A stretch of DNA of 57,025 nt from NCBI GenBank assembly GCA_038064975.1, contig JBBTRX010000007.1, positions 1 to 57,025 on the forward strand, written 5' to 3'. This DNA is from Patescibacteria group bacterium (GTDB taxonomy: Bacteria > Patescibacteriota > Minisyncoccia > UBA6257 > 1-14-0-10-40-38). This document shows positions 28,005 to 37,854 of the stretch, piece after piece; position 1 is the stretch's first letter; every line of letters starts with the position of its first letter. A program made the position numbers and the translations under genes. Below the pieces are notes generated by a model that saw nothing but the letters and a program-made list of their open reading frames with translations, was not told the DNA's origin and ran no database searches.

Positions 28005-28577
28005 ATGTTAAATTATAATGAATTAAGAAAAGGAATCGTGTTTGTCCTTGAAGGCGAACCCCACCAAGTCGTAGAATACGAATTTTTACGCATGCAACAG
28101 CGCAAGCCTGTCGCAAAAACAAAACTCCGAAATCTTATTTCAGGGAAATTATTTGAGCGCACGTTTCATCAAAACGAAACGTTTGAAGAAGCGGATATGA
28201 CTCGCAAAACAGCAACCTATCTCTATAGTAATCGTGGTGAGTACTGGTTCTCTGAAAAAGGAAATCCTAAAAATCGTTTTTTACTTACAGAATCCATCGT
28301 TGGGGAAGGAGCGCAATTTTTGAAAAATAATACCGATGTTACAACACTCGTATTTGATGAAAAGGTTATTAGTATTGAACTTCCTATCAAGGTGGAACTG
28401 ACGGTAAAAGACGCCCCTCCAAGCATTAAGGGGAATACTGCACAGGGAGGAACAAAAGCCGTCACACTGGAAACCGGAGCAATGCTTAACGTTCCACTCT
28501 TTATAGACTCTGGCGACATTGTACGCGTTAATACTCAAACTGGAGAATACGTAGAGCGCGTAGAGAAAGCGAAATAG
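28005..28577 (+). CDS. efp: Elongation factor P
   Basis: 'KGNTA..GTK..LETG...VPLFI..GD.VRVNT..GEYVER'; loop reads RMQQRKP. Confidence 0.93.
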   Translation: MLNYNELRKGIVFVLEGEPHQVVEYEFLRMQQRKPVAKTKLRNLISGKLFERTFHQNETFEEADMTRKTATYLYSNRGEYWFSEKGNPKNRFLLTESIVGEGAQFLKNNTDVTTLVFDEKVISIELPIKVELTVKDAPPSIKGNTAQGGTKAVTLETGAMLNVPLFIDSGDIVRVNTQTGEYVERVEKAK

Positions 28578-28637
28578 CGAATAGGTATAAAGTATAAGGT
28601 AGTAAGTATGAAGCGAAGAAAATAATTAGATAGAGAA

Positions 28638-28662
28638 CGGCCGCCATGCGATATGGCGGCCG
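28638..28662. terminator. Hairpin between convergent efp and a small gene
   Basis: cggccgccat-gcgat-atggcggccg. Confidence 0.6.
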
Positions 28663-28679
28663 ATGTGTTCTTGATTGAA

Positions 28680-28922
28680 CTAGCGAGGTATCGTTCCCTC
28701 CTTTACCATTCTACCTTCCTGAATGTCCACGATTTGGTAAAGGTCAAACTTCCTACAGTTTTCGCTGTTCACGATTACCTCGAGAGCTTCCTCCGGTGAA
28801 TCGAAAGAGAGAGGTTCACCAGGTCCACGAAAGACTTCGTGATTGAAACTCAGGACATCTTGCCAACCTCCAAACTCTTCATACTCTTCCATCACAAAAG
28901 CGATGTAACGCTTGAGCGCCAT
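28680..28922 (-). CDS. Hypothetical protein (80 aa, MALKRYIAF...)
   Basis: TTGACT-17-TATAAT promoter (extended TG); AGGAGG RBS; 'GGWQD' and 'YQIVD' motifs. Confidence 0.75.
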   Translation of the reverse strand: MALKRYIAFVMEEYEEFGGWQDVLSFNHEVFRGPGEPLSFDSPEEALEVIVNSENCRKFDLYQIVDIQEGRMVKEGTIPR

Positions 28923-29036
28923 GACTACCCTCCTGGATTTAGAACTGAAAACGTGAAGAACCAACTCTATTATAGCATACCAATGTATATAAGTCAAGCT
29001 CCTTTTGGGGAGTGAATTAAGGCTATATATTTTGCC

Positions 29037-30602
29037 TTATTCTGCTTTTTTCTCGTCCTCCTTACCTTTATTCTGCAGGGCTTTTGCGAGACTAGAACGC
29101 AGATCGTCTATATTCACTTTTGCTTTAGGAAATTCTTTTCTCTGCTCGCGGGGACGATCCTGCCGTGGAGGCTGGGGCTGTAATCCCTGTTGCTCGCGTT
29201 CCTGTTTTTGAGGTTGAGACTGAGATTGAGGTTCGTTCCTATTCCCAGGCTTAGGAACCAACGTCTTTTTAAGCGAACGCTCATCTCTGCGCTTATTTTT
29301 ATCATCCATACTCTCGCCTGTTGCAAGCCACTCTCCGGCAATTTTTTCTTCTACTTTCGCGCGGGTCGTTGCGTACCGGTCCCGAGTATTTTCAATAATA
29401 AATTCACGCTGGGAATGTTCCAGTCGCTCAAAGGGCATCAAAGTCTGCGCGGAAAACGGTCGGGAAGAAACACCATCAATCATCAGTTTTACGTAAATAT
29501 TATATTTAGTGAGATTTATGAGGTCGTTTGCTTCAAATTCCGGCAGAAATTCCTTTTCCAAAAATTCGGCATCTTCCGCTCCCACGCGGAAAAGCAGCAT
29601 TGTTCCCACGTTGCCGAAAATTGCATCGCGCACTTTAGTATTGGAGTCATGCACTAACTGCCCGATATATTGGTGCGCCAAGATAAGACACAGACGATAT
29701 TTTCTTGCTTCGGAAAGGATGTTTGCGAAAGAATCTGTAGCAAAGTTCTGAAACTCGTCTACGTAGAGATAAAAATCTTTACGATCCTTTTCCGGAATAT
29801 CCACGCGAGACATCGCGGCGAGCTGGAGCTTGGTAATGATCATGGAACCTAAAAGCGCGGAGTTACTCTCGCCCATTTTTCCTTTAGAGAGATTTACGAT
29901 AAGGATCTTCTGCTTATCCATCACATCGCGCATATCAATCGTGGAATTGGTCTGCCCCAAGATGTTTCTAATGAGCGGGTTGGAAATCAATTGCCCGATT
30001 TTGTTTTGAATTGCCGCTGTCGCCTCCGTTTCAAAACGCTCGGAATAACGAGCAAATTCGTTTACCCAAAAACTTTTAATAACCGGATCTTTCAAGTTTT
30101 CAACTACTTTCGCGCGGTAATTCTTTTCCGCCAAAATACGCATAATACCCAAGATCGTTGCGCCGGGATATTCCAAAAGCGAAAGCAAGGCGTTATTCAA
30201 AATATATTCCATTCTCGCGGACCATACGTCCGGCCAGATTTTTTTAAACACGCCCATGATACCGGAAGCAACGAGATGCCGGAATTCCGGATCTACTTGC
30301 TCCAGAGGATTAAACGCAATCGGATGTGCAACATCCGAAGGATTGAAGTAAATCACATCCTCCATGCGCTCTTCGGGAATATAGTCCAAAATCTTTTCCG
30401 CAAATTCGCCGTGAGGGTCCACAATGCCCACGCCCTTTCCGGCGCGAATGTCTTCAATAACCATATTCTCAAGGAGCGTCGTTTTACCCATACCTGTCTT
30501 GCCAATGACATACATGTGGCGGCGGCGATCATCAATTTTGATGCCGAACTTTTTCCGTTCGTTCCTAAAATTTGTCTCTCCAAAGAGCGTGATTTCTTTC
30601 AT
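29037..30602 (-). CDS. VirB4/TraD/HerA-like P-loop ATPase (T4SS DNA-binding-domain family, typical of CPR)
   Basis: 'RHMYVIGKTGMGKT', 'DPHG', 'YVDEFQNF', 'EARKY', 'AHQY'. Confidence 0.88.
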   Translation of the reverse strand: MKEITLFGETNFRNERKKFGIKIDDRRRHMYVIGKTGMGKTTLLENMVIEDIRAGKGVGIVDPHGEFAEKILDYIPEERMEDVIYFNPSDVAHPIAFNPLEQVDPEFRHLVASGIMGVFKKIWPDVWSARMEYILNNALLSLLEYPGATILGIMRILAEKNYRAKVVENLKDPVIKSFWVNEFARYSERFETEATAAIQNKIGQLISNPLIRNILGQTNSTIDMRDVMDKQKILIVNLSKGKMGESNSALLGSMIITKLQLAAMSRVDIPEKDRKDFYLYVDEFQNFATDSFANILSEARKYRLCLILAHQYIGQLVHDSNTKVRDAIFGNVGTMLLFRVGAEDAEFLEKEFLPEFEANDLINLTKYNIYVKLMIDGVSSRPFSAQTLMPFERLEHSQREFIIENTRDRYATTRAKVEEKIAGEWLATGESMDDKNKRRDERSLKKTLVPKPGNRNEPQSQSQPQKQEREQQGLQPQPPRQDRPREQRKEFPKAKVNIDDLRSSLAKALQNKGKEDEKKAE

Positions 30603-30604
30603 GG

Positions 30605-31849
30605 TTATTCAATAGGCAAACTCTGCGGCGGCTCGCCTTTCTTCGTTTCAGTATAACGGATAAGCGGAGCTTCTACCGCAATAGACGGGAAGTGATAAAT
30701 AGTCGCGAGTTCTTCCGTATTTAATACAGAAGCCTTGGGCGGGATAAGTCGCAAGCGATATCGGTCAAACATTCTCCGTTTACGCAGATACGTCTTTCGA
30801 TCTTGGAAGAACCCTTTCTTGACTGAAGTCATGGTATTAGTATCCGGTCGGAAGGAATTCAAATTCTGCGTATTAAATTGATGGAACGCGCCTACAATCG
30901 CGGAGATGTTTGAACGGCTGAAACTGTCGCGGCTATCTACATAAGCAAAGCGGACCAGTGTTTCAAAGCCAACCTTAGATATCTTATGTTCAATAGCGGC
31001 GACAATATCTTTTTCTCCCGGTGTAAGTTCCGAAACTTTCCCCTCTTTCTTTTCTTCTTTTTTCTCTTCGCGAGGTGCCGGAACTTTAAACGGCGCTGCT
31101 GCTAAGTCTCCGATAAAGTTAGCGACAGGAGAAGATTTTGATGCCGGCTTTGATCCCCGGCCAATCATTTTGTTAATAATCTCCTTTGCTTCTTTTGTCC
31201 AATCATCACCCGTCGGGCGGATGAGTATTTGGATCATAATCATCTCGTCGTCTTTCAGACGGGACATGACTTCCGTTATCGCCGCGATTGGATCAATGAG
31301 GGCTTCTTCTGTTTTTTCTTCAAATTCCGGATAGGTCCGTATGGGATATGGGCTTTCACGAGCAAGAATAAGTTCCATACCAAAAAGATCATAGATATCG
31401 TTCGGAATGGTTAAACCCAAACGACTAACATAATCATCCGCCTCGCTGATTTCAGCGTCGGGATATTGGGCGTAGATAGAAGACTCTACTAAGTTGCGGT
31501 GGTCTTCGGGTGTACGTATAAAAAATTGCACTCCGCCGGCGTAGCCGACCATCTCGCAAGAGAACCAGATTTCTGATTTCCCTTTGACATATTTATCCTT
31601 AAATTTAATCCCGAATGAATACGTACTCCGGAGCGCCGCAAAAATCTGCTCCATTGCTTTCGGCGTTTTCTCAATACTGCGAGGAATATGAATTTCCAGC
31701 AGTTTCCATTTAATGCCTAAAAGAAACTTAATCCGAATGTATTGCAGCCAGATATCTGCCAGTGCAAAACCAAGCGCAACAGGAAGAATAATCCACCATG
31801 TGGCTTTAATAACGTCAAAAATACTGGTAAAGATATCTCCCACGGCCAT
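30605..31849 (-). CDS. Membrane-anchored conserved protein paired with the ATPase
   Basis: 'LEIHIP..TPKAMEQIF', 'AQYPDAEI', 'EELATIYHFP'. Confidence 0.75.
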   Translation of the reverse strand: MAVGDIFTSIFDVIKATWWIILPVALGFALADIWLQYIRIKFLLGIKWKLLEIHIPRSIEKTPKAMEQIFAALRSTYSFGIKFKDKYVKGKSEIWFSCEMVGYAGGVQFFIRTPEDHRNLVESSIYAQYPDAEISEADDYVSRLGLTIPNDIYDLFGMELILARESPYPIRTYPEFEEKTEEALIDPIAAITEVMSRLKDDEMIMIQILIRPTGDDWTKEAKEIINKMIGRGSKPASKSSPVANFIGDLAAAPFKVPAPREEKKEEKKEGKVSELTPGEKDIVAAIEHKISKVGFETLVRFAYVDSRDSFSRSNISAIVGAFHQFNTQNLNSFRPDTNTMTSVKKGFFQDRKTYLRKRRMFDRYRLRLIPPKASVLNTEELATIYHFPSIAVEAPLIRYTETKKGEPPQSLPIE

Positions 31850-31912
31850 TGCTATCAGTTTTACATGTTTTGGGTCCGTACACCAGGAGAACAGCTACGA
31901 CTCACGAGATAC

Positions 31913-32971
31913 TTACGCTTCCCGAACCGAATATCTGCCGTCAGAAAGTGTTGAAAAATGCTTTTTATTCTGGAGGTTAATAAGAATAGTGCCATCCTTC
32001 AAAATACGCTGTTCTTTTACTTTGGCGACAACTTCCTGTGAGTGAAGCGGTCCATGCTTTTTTAAGATGTGGGCGATAATTTCGCGTGCAGTTCCCGGAA
32101 TAGCTCCGAACTCATCAAGCGTATAAATTCCGCGACCGACAAGAACAAACCTATTATCCTTAATCAATTCGTTATGAATGGTCTGCGTATTTGTTTTCTT
32201 CGTTTTGCGATATTCCGCGATGCGTTTTGCAATCTCCGTAAAGTGGAGCGGAGCATTTTCGCGCTTCAAAATAAGGTATGCCCAATCGCGAGCGGTCTTT
32301 GGATTTACTTCCGCCCAATCAACAAGTCCGAAAGCACCGAATGGGCCTTCCGCAAATTTCTGTGAAATAGCGAAGAAGTTTTTTGCGATCGGAGAAGAAA
32401 CGCCATGTTCTTTAGCAAGCGATCCCACTACTTCGTCAAACGAACCACTGAGCACATCGCCCTTCCGGTTTTTCATTACTCCGGTAAGTTTTACGATAAA
32501 TTGCTGGGCACGCTTCTTGTCTGCCTCCTGCGCGTACCAAAAGGGATGCCAGTTACCATAAGCATCGCGATCCGGATGCGCAGATCCTGCGAGTTCAAGT
32601 AAAAAGGCGGAAACATTTTTAAAAACTTTAGCGTCAGCTTTTTCTCCAATTGCACCGTGCAAATAGTCAAAGAAAGAACGCTCTTCCTCTACTCCTCCAA
32701 CTTCGCGCAAACGGGCATTAGCAGCCTTACTAAGACGTGCGATAAAAGTATGGTCTTTTTCTTTTATAAGCAAACGGATCGCCGCAGATTCAATCTGGCG
32801 GACGCGTTCGCGGGTGATACCATACTTATCCCCAATGGTCTGAAGCGTTTCCGGGTTGCCGCCACCAAGTCCATAGCGAGCAACAAGAATATCGCGCTGG
32901 CGGGAATCCAGTTTGGTGAGAAAAGCCTTCAAAAAGGCTGAAATATTGGTACTTTGTGTTTGCACTGCCAT
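31913..32971 (-). CDS. Sigma70 region-4 plus HARE-HTH (RNAP delta-like) protein
   Basis: 'TLQTIGDKYGITRERVRQIE'; 'PLHFTEIA..TIHNELIKDNRFVLVGRGIY'. Confidence 0.85.
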   Translation of the reverse strand: MAVQTQSTNISAFLKAFLTKLDSRQRDILVARYGLGGGNPETLQTIGDKYGITRERVRQIESAAIRLLIKEKDHTFIARLSKAANARLREVGGVEEERSFFDYLHGAIGEKADAKVFKNVSAFLLELAGSAHPDRDAYGNWHPFWYAQEADKKRAQQFIVKLTGVMKNRKGDVLSGSFDEVVGSLAKEHGVSSPIAKNFFAISQKFAEGPFGAFGLVDWAEVNPKTARDWAYLILKRENAPLHFTEIAKRIAEYRKTKKTNTQTIHNELIKDNRFVLVGRGIYTLDEFGAIPGTAREIIAHILKKHGPLHSQEVVAKVKEQRILKDGTILINLQNKKHFSTLSDGRYSVREA

Positions 32972-33092
32972 ATCTTTAGTTGTGTTATATAAGCATATAC
33001 TAACTTTTAAATTACGTCAATACCCCTCCCCACCCCCGCCCGAACGTATCGTCCGGTACGGGCAGGCCTCATTTTCCCTGTTTAGACTACCC

Positions 33093-33983
33093 TTATTTCT
33101 TCTTCCAGAGCGTAAGTAACGGACTCGCTAAGAATATGGAAGAATACGTTCCGATAACCGTTCCTACACCGATCACAAGCATGAAATAGCGTAAGCTGGG
33201 AGCTCCCCAGAAGAAGAGCGCAACTACAACGAGAAATAGCGTAAGAGAAGTATTAATAGATCGAGCAAAGGTTTGGTTGACGCTCGTGTTTACGATGCCA
33301 TCAAATTCATCGCGAGCCGCAGATCCTGCGGAGCGAAGATTTTCCCGAATGCGGTCAAACACAACGATCGTGTCGTGCACCGAAAAACCGATAACGACAA
33401 GAATCGCGACGACAAAGTTCGTATCCACCTCTGCTCCATAGTAATAACCCAACACTGCATACAGTCCAGCGGGGACAAGCGCGTCATGGAAAAGAGAAAC
33501 GAGGGTAATGATGCCGTATTTCCAGGAACTTACGGGATGTAAAACCTTCCGAAATGCGAAAGCTATATAGAGAGAAATAGCGACTAAGACCAGAATAAAT
33601 GCCGTGAGCGACCGCGAGCGGAGCTCTTTGCCAATCGCGGAACCGATAGTTTCATAACGGAGCTCGGTTACTGCGCCGAATTCTTCAACTAGACTCTCGC
33701 GATGTTCACGATGTTCTTCTTCAGAAATTTCGGGCATACGGATAAAGAATGAATCCCCGCTTGTTTCTTCTGTAATAATCGGACTTTCAATTTTTAGCGT
33801 TTCTATCGTAAAGCTTTGGAGTTCTTCGCGGGTAACCGGCTCTTCAAATGAAAGCTGCCAGAGCGTGCCGCCGGAAAAATCAATAGCGAATTTGAACCCG
33901 AAGATCGCAATCGCAACGATACTCGCAATCGTAAGGAGGAGGGAAATACTGATAAAGATTTTTTTATTGCCGATGATATTCAT
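33093..33983 (-). CDS. secF: Protein translocase subunit SecF
   Basis: 'IDFSGGT', 'HDTIVVFDRIREN', 'RSINTS', 'GTYSSIF'. Confidence 0.96.
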   Translation of the reverse strand: MNIIGNKKIFISISLLLTIASIVAIAIFGFKFAIDFSGGTLWQLSFEEPVTREELQSFTIETLKIESPIITEETSGDSFFIRMPEISEEEHREHRESLVEEFGAVTELRYETIGSAIGKELRSRSLTAFILVLVAISLYIAFAFRKVLHPVSSWKYGIITLVSLFHDALVPAGLYAVLGYYYGAEVDTNFVVAILVVIGFSVHDTIVVFDRIRENLRSAGSAARDEFDGIVNTSVNQTFARSINTSLTLFLVVVALFFWGAPSLRYFMLVIGVGTVIGTYSSIFLASPLLTLWKKK

Positions 33984-33984
33984 A

Positions 33985-35229
33985 TTAGTTCCGTATGAAT
34001 GAGCGCATCATAGCGCGCGTTATGGTAATTGCGGAAAACATAGAAATAATTACCCCGATTAAAAGGGCGAGTGCAAATCCTTTGATAAACCCTGTCGTAA
34101 AATAGTACAAAATAACTGAAGTAATAATCGTCGTGATATTAGAGTCGCGAATAGAAAGCCAAGCTCGCTTAAAGCCGTCTTCAATAGCACCGAGACGAGA
34201 AACGCCCCGTTTCAATTCCTCCTTTGTGCGTTCAAAAATAAGAATGTTTGCATCCACCGCCATTCCGATAGAAAGCACGATGCCCGCGATACCGGCGAGC
34301 GTCATCGTGATGGAAAATATTTTAAACACTGCGAGGTTTAGTACTACGTAGATAACAAGCGCAAGAGCGGCAAAGACGCCGAACGTGCGGTAATAGAGGA
34401 TCATAAAGAGAGCGACAAATGCGGTACCAAGTGCGCCCGCGAATAATGTCTTCCTCAACGAGTCAGCTCCGAGCGTTGCGCCAATCGTCTGTTGAGTTAT
34501 GAGCGAAATCGGAGCAGGGAGCGCGCCTGCGTTAAAACGGGACACTAAGAGGCGAGCTTCGTCCGGCGTGAAGTTGCCAGTGATCTGCGCCTGCCCTCCG
34601 GAAATCTTCTGCTGTACAACGGGCGCGGTAATAAGATTGCCGTCAAGAAAAACAGCAATTTGTTTTCCAACATTCCGCTCGGTTAGCGTTTCAAAAATCT
34701 TTGCTCCCTCATCATTAAAATTAAGGCTTATCTGAGGCTTTCCGGTAACTTGGTCAAAGAAAACAGAGGCGCTGGTGATGTACCGGCCAGTAAGCTCCGT
34801 AGGGATAAAACTATCTTCTCCCGGAGTCTCTCCTTCCGCAGGAAGAACTTCTTTAACTTCCGCAAAGAGTAAAAAGGGAGTCTCTCCGATTTCATTAATT
34901 GCCTGTTCTACATCTTTAATGCCCGCGAGTTCAACGTTGATGCGATAAGAATCCCCGCTCCGTGCGGTAACGACTTGTGGCTCTGAAACGCCGAATAAGT
35001 TCACTCGCTTTTCCAGAACATCCCGAAGACCTTCCAATACCGTGGAACGATCAGCTTCCGAAACTGCACTCATATCCACTTCATACGCGAGGTGCGCGCC
35101 TCCCACCAAATCCAATCCTAAGCGCCACGGCAATACTTTGCCGATAAAGCTTGAGGGGTAAATAAAAAATCCCCCGACAACCGTGACAATCACGATAAGC
35201 ACCAGAATCCAGACAGAAGTTGATCTCAT
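33985..35229 (-). CDS. secD: Protein translocase subunit SecD
   Basis: 'LGLDLVGG', 'GVSEP', 'GMAVDANILIFER'. Confidence 0.96.
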   Translation of the reverse strand: MRSTSVWILVLIVIVTVVGGFFIYPSSFIGKVLPWRLGLDLVGGAHLAYEVDMSAVSEADRSTVLEGLRDVLEKRVNLFGVSEPQVVTARSGDSYRINVELAGIKDVEQAINEIGETPFLLFAEVKEVLPAEGETPGEDSFIPTELTGRYITSASVFFDQVTGKPQISLNFNDEGAKIFETLTERNVGKQIAVFLDGNLITAPVVQQKISGGQAQITGNFTPDEARLLVSRFNAGALPAPISLITQQTIGATLGADSLRKTLFAGALGTAFVALFMILYYRTFGVFAALALVIYVVLNLAVFKIFSITMTLAGIAGIVLSIGMAVDANILIFERTKEELKRGVSRLGAIEDGFKRAWLSIRDSNITTIITSVILYYFTTGFIKGFALALLIGVIISMFSAITITRAMMRSFIRN

Positions 35230-35350
35230 AATGTAAAAAGAATGGAACTATTATGCATGGGAGGAATGAAAATTGCAACTTCTTTCAAAAACAGAGCTGA
35301 AAGGTTTCCTTTAATACAACTAAATTTGACTCCAAGACGATGTAATGCAT

Positions 35351-35380
35351 AAAAAAGACCCGACGTTCGAAAACGTCGGG
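35351..35380 (-). terminator. GACCCGACGTT-family terminator, copy 1
   Basis: aaaaaagacccgacgttcgaaaacgtcggg. Confidence 0.75.
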
Positions 35381-35390
35381 ATAGTGATAC

Positions 35391-35714
35391 TCAGGTGTCG
35401 ACCATCCGGTCGGCCTGCTCCCATCCGGAGAGAATGATTTCAATACGGCGCTGCACTTGTTCGTGGGAGAAGCCAGCGGCCACGCGCAGAGATTCCAAAT
35501 CACTCTTCAAGGCGACCTCCATCCTCTTTTTCCAGCACTCATATTCCTTCGTACCCAGGATGGGATCGTTGCAATCAATACCGTCACTACTCTGACCGAT
35601 TTCCTGCTTCTCTGACCTAGACACAGCACACCTCCGAGAGAATATAGGTTTACTACCTGACTCATATGATGGAAACCTTTCTCCACGAAGTGAGGTCACG
35701 ACTTCAGAGATCAA
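35391..35714 (-). CDS. Hypothetical protein or fragment downstream of tRNA-Lys
   Basis: Stops just before a terminator; TTG start without a clear RBS. Confidence 0.4.
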   Translation of the reverse strand: MISEVVTSLRGERFPSYESGSKPIFSRRCAVSRSEKQEIGQSSDGIDCNDPILGTKEYECWKKRMEVALKSDLESLRVAAGFSHEQVQRRIEIILSGWEQADRMVDT

Positions 35715-35780
35715 CGCCCAGAAGTCTTTAGTGACTCTAATACTGCAATCTAGTCAGGTCGGCGGAAACATGATCTACGG

Positions 35781-35851
35781 TGCCCCCAAATGGAATCGAA
35801 CCATTGTCAACTGCTTAAAAGGCAGCTGCTCTACCATTGAGCTATGGGGGC
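35781..35851 (-). tRNA. tRNA-Lys(TTT)
   Basis: gcccccatagctcaatggtagagcagctgc-ctTTTaa-gcagt...ggttcgattccatttgggggca. Confidence 0.95.
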
Positions 35852-36019
35852 AATAATACAATGAAGAATAATGAAAAAACGAGTAAAAAGCAAGAATAAA
35901 AACTCTTTTTTATAATTAATTGAAAAACTATTTTATTAATAGATCATTGACGAATGAAATAAGAATGTGCTTTTTTGTTATTAGTATGTTCCAAAACCAC
36001 AACCAAGGAGACTCAAGCT

Positions 36020-36358
36020 GTGTTCCTACAACGCCTTCTTGCGCTTTGGGATAAGATCTTGTCGGAAATTTTGTATTCACCAATAGTCAATACTGGAAAT
36101 CAAAATGGAAAACATGAACGAACTTATCTCATTTACCCCGGTCGTTCTATTGCAATAGTAGGCACAGATGGAAAAATCCATACTATGACCGGCTTTTGGT
36201 CAGTGAATCACTATTATGATGGGAATAAACTTCTGAGGCGCATTCTTGCAAGAAAGGATCTTAAAACAGGAGAACGCCTGGCTACAGAAGAAGAGGTGTT
36301 GCAGTATCAAGAGAAGTTAAGAAAAGAATTTATTGGGGGTTTTGAAGATTATAATTAA
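36020..36358 (+). CDS. Hypothetical protein (start probably GTG 36020)
   Basis: AAGGAG RBS at 36005-36010; terminator at 36387-36413. Confidence 0.6.
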   Translation: MFLQRLLALWDKILSEILYSPIVNTGNQNGKHERTYLIYPGRSIAIVGTDGKIHTMTGFWSVNHYYDGNKLLRRILARKDLKTGERLATEEEVLQYQEKLRKEFIGGFEDYN

Positions 36359-36386
36359 CCTACGATCACACGAACCCTGTTCATAT

Positions 36387-36413
36387 CCCGATGTTTTCAA
36401 GCGTCGGGTTTTT
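36387..36413 (+). terminator. GACCCGACGTT-family terminator, copy 2 (diverged)
   Basis: cccgatgttttcaagcgtcggg-ttttt. Confidence 0.7.
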
Positions 36414-36543
36414 CTTTCTAAGCGCTTCTCGCTTTTTGTTAATAACATCCATGTATAGGAAGATGTAGTGCAGTCTGGAGTCTTCGTATTGGTTGCTATC
36501 TTTTTTATAATGCGACGAACTGCTTCCGTGATATTCTAAGGGT

Positions 36544-37152
36544 ATGCCACTAGAGTCACATCCAAAGCCAGCGCAGAAACCGATAGACTTCTCTCAAGAA
36601 AAGACTATTTCGAGTATCGTAAAGAGGGCTCTTCAGTATACGCAAATATCGCATGGATATGCCCTAGATCTTGGTTCCGGAGTTGGCCGTAATTCGTTTT
36701 TCCTAGCCGAGGAAGGATATTCAGTCGTTGCGGTTGACCAGGACTGCAATGTGCTAAGGAAACTTGCCCAAGAGGCACATCGACGAGAGTTGTTAATCGA
36801 AACCGTATGTACGGATATGACTTCATACAACGCTGACGCAGACCGATTCAACTTAGTTATCAGCATCAACACTCTTCACTTTCTCCCCAGAACAGACGTA
36901 TCAAAAGTTATCGCGCTAATGAAATCGAGCACTGCTATCGGAGGCATACACGCAGTTTCCGTACAAACTACACACAATAAACCGAATAAAGTGAAGCGAC
37001 TATTCGACGAAGGTGAGCTTAAATCGTATTACTCTGATTGGGAGATTCTCCACTACTCCGAGGATTGGGGAACTCCTTTTCGCCTAGCACCGCAAGGTCC
37101 AGTATTCACGAAACATCGGGCCGAAATAATCGCACGTCGGCGGGCAAAGTAA
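36544..37152 (+). CDS. TehB-like class I SAM-dependent methyltransferase
   Basis: 'ALDLGSGVGRNSFFLA..G..V.AVD', 'GELKSYY.DWEILHY'. Confidence 0.85.
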   Translation: MPLESHPKPAQKPIDFSQEKTISSIVKRALQYTQISHGYALDLGSGVGRNSFFLAEEGYSVVAVDQDCNVLRKLAQEAHRRELLIETVCTDMTSYNADADRFNLVISINTLHFLPRTDVSKVIALMKSSTAIGGIHAVSVQTTHNKPNKVKRLFDEGELKSYYSDWEILHYSEDWGTPFRLAPQGPVFTKHRAEIIARRRAK

Positions 37153-37200
37153 ATCTACAAGATACTTGACAAGCTAATAGCTGGATCGCTATACTATCAC

Positions 37201-37330
37201 CAGCATCAAGACATCTTTAGGGGTTTGGGATAGGACTCCGTGAGCCCCTTGGCTTACGAGCGTGGCAGTCGTACGACAGGTACCAGCAGTCAGCGCCTTC
37301 AATGAGCGTAGTCCTGAACCCCGCTTTTTT
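37201..37330 (+). ncRNA. Candidate ~130-nt sRNA
   Basis: TTGACA-18-TATACT promoter (37166-37195); ggggtttggga/tcctgaacccc closing stem then T tract; inner cgtgagcc/ggcttacg hairpin; no ORF. Confidence 0.6.
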
Positions 37331-37412
37331 ATGAACAGAAACTATACAGTATATTTAAAATAAAATTTTTAGCCGTCGTTCTCCATGCTAGTAAAATTTT
37401 TTTTATTGATTT

Positions 37413-37781
37413 TCATTCTTTCCACATCTCAATTTCTCCCCTCACAACTTCTTCAATGCTTCGTGAGCGACCAATAAAATAACCTTTGAATTTTGAATAG
37501 CTTTGATCGGGTTGCAAGACTCCGTTCGCATAATTCATAACGTCTGACTTTTCATTAACAATAGATATCTGAAGATATCCGCCTTCATCCATCAAACCAC
37601 GAACTTGGTATGATGCAACTTTTTCCACCTCATTGGTTTTTAATACTCCTTTAATCAAAGTGCCGTACTGGCTAAGTTTGCATTTGAATTGTTTTTCTCG
37701 CCGCGACTCCCCATAATGAACAACACCAAACCAAACTCCTCCAATTTTCTTTGGTGGTTTTTTGAATAAATTTCGTATCAT
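37413..37781 (-). CDS. AT-rich, beta-strand-rich hypothetical protein
   Basis: 122-aa ORF with GAGG RBS. Confidence 0.65.
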   Translation of the reverse strand: MIRNLFKKPPKKIGGVWFGVVHYGESRREKQFKCKLSQYGTLIKGVLKTNEVEKVASYQVRGLMDEGGYLQISIVNEKSDVMNYANGVLQPDQSYSKFKGYFIGRSRSIEEVVRGEIEMWKE

Positions 37782-37854
37782 ATATTTAACCCTCGTACTC
37801 CATGTATTTATTTTCTCACTATATTAAAAATGCATCAAATCTTATTTTCTTTTT

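Noticed and set aside
29037-31849. Conjugative element
   Set aside because: The VirB4/TraD-like ATPase sits among core genes with no relaxase, mating-pair genes or boundaries.
37413-37781. CBASS Cap15-like beta-barrel effector
   Set aside because: Only a vague pattern resemblance; no TM pair and no cyclase nearby.
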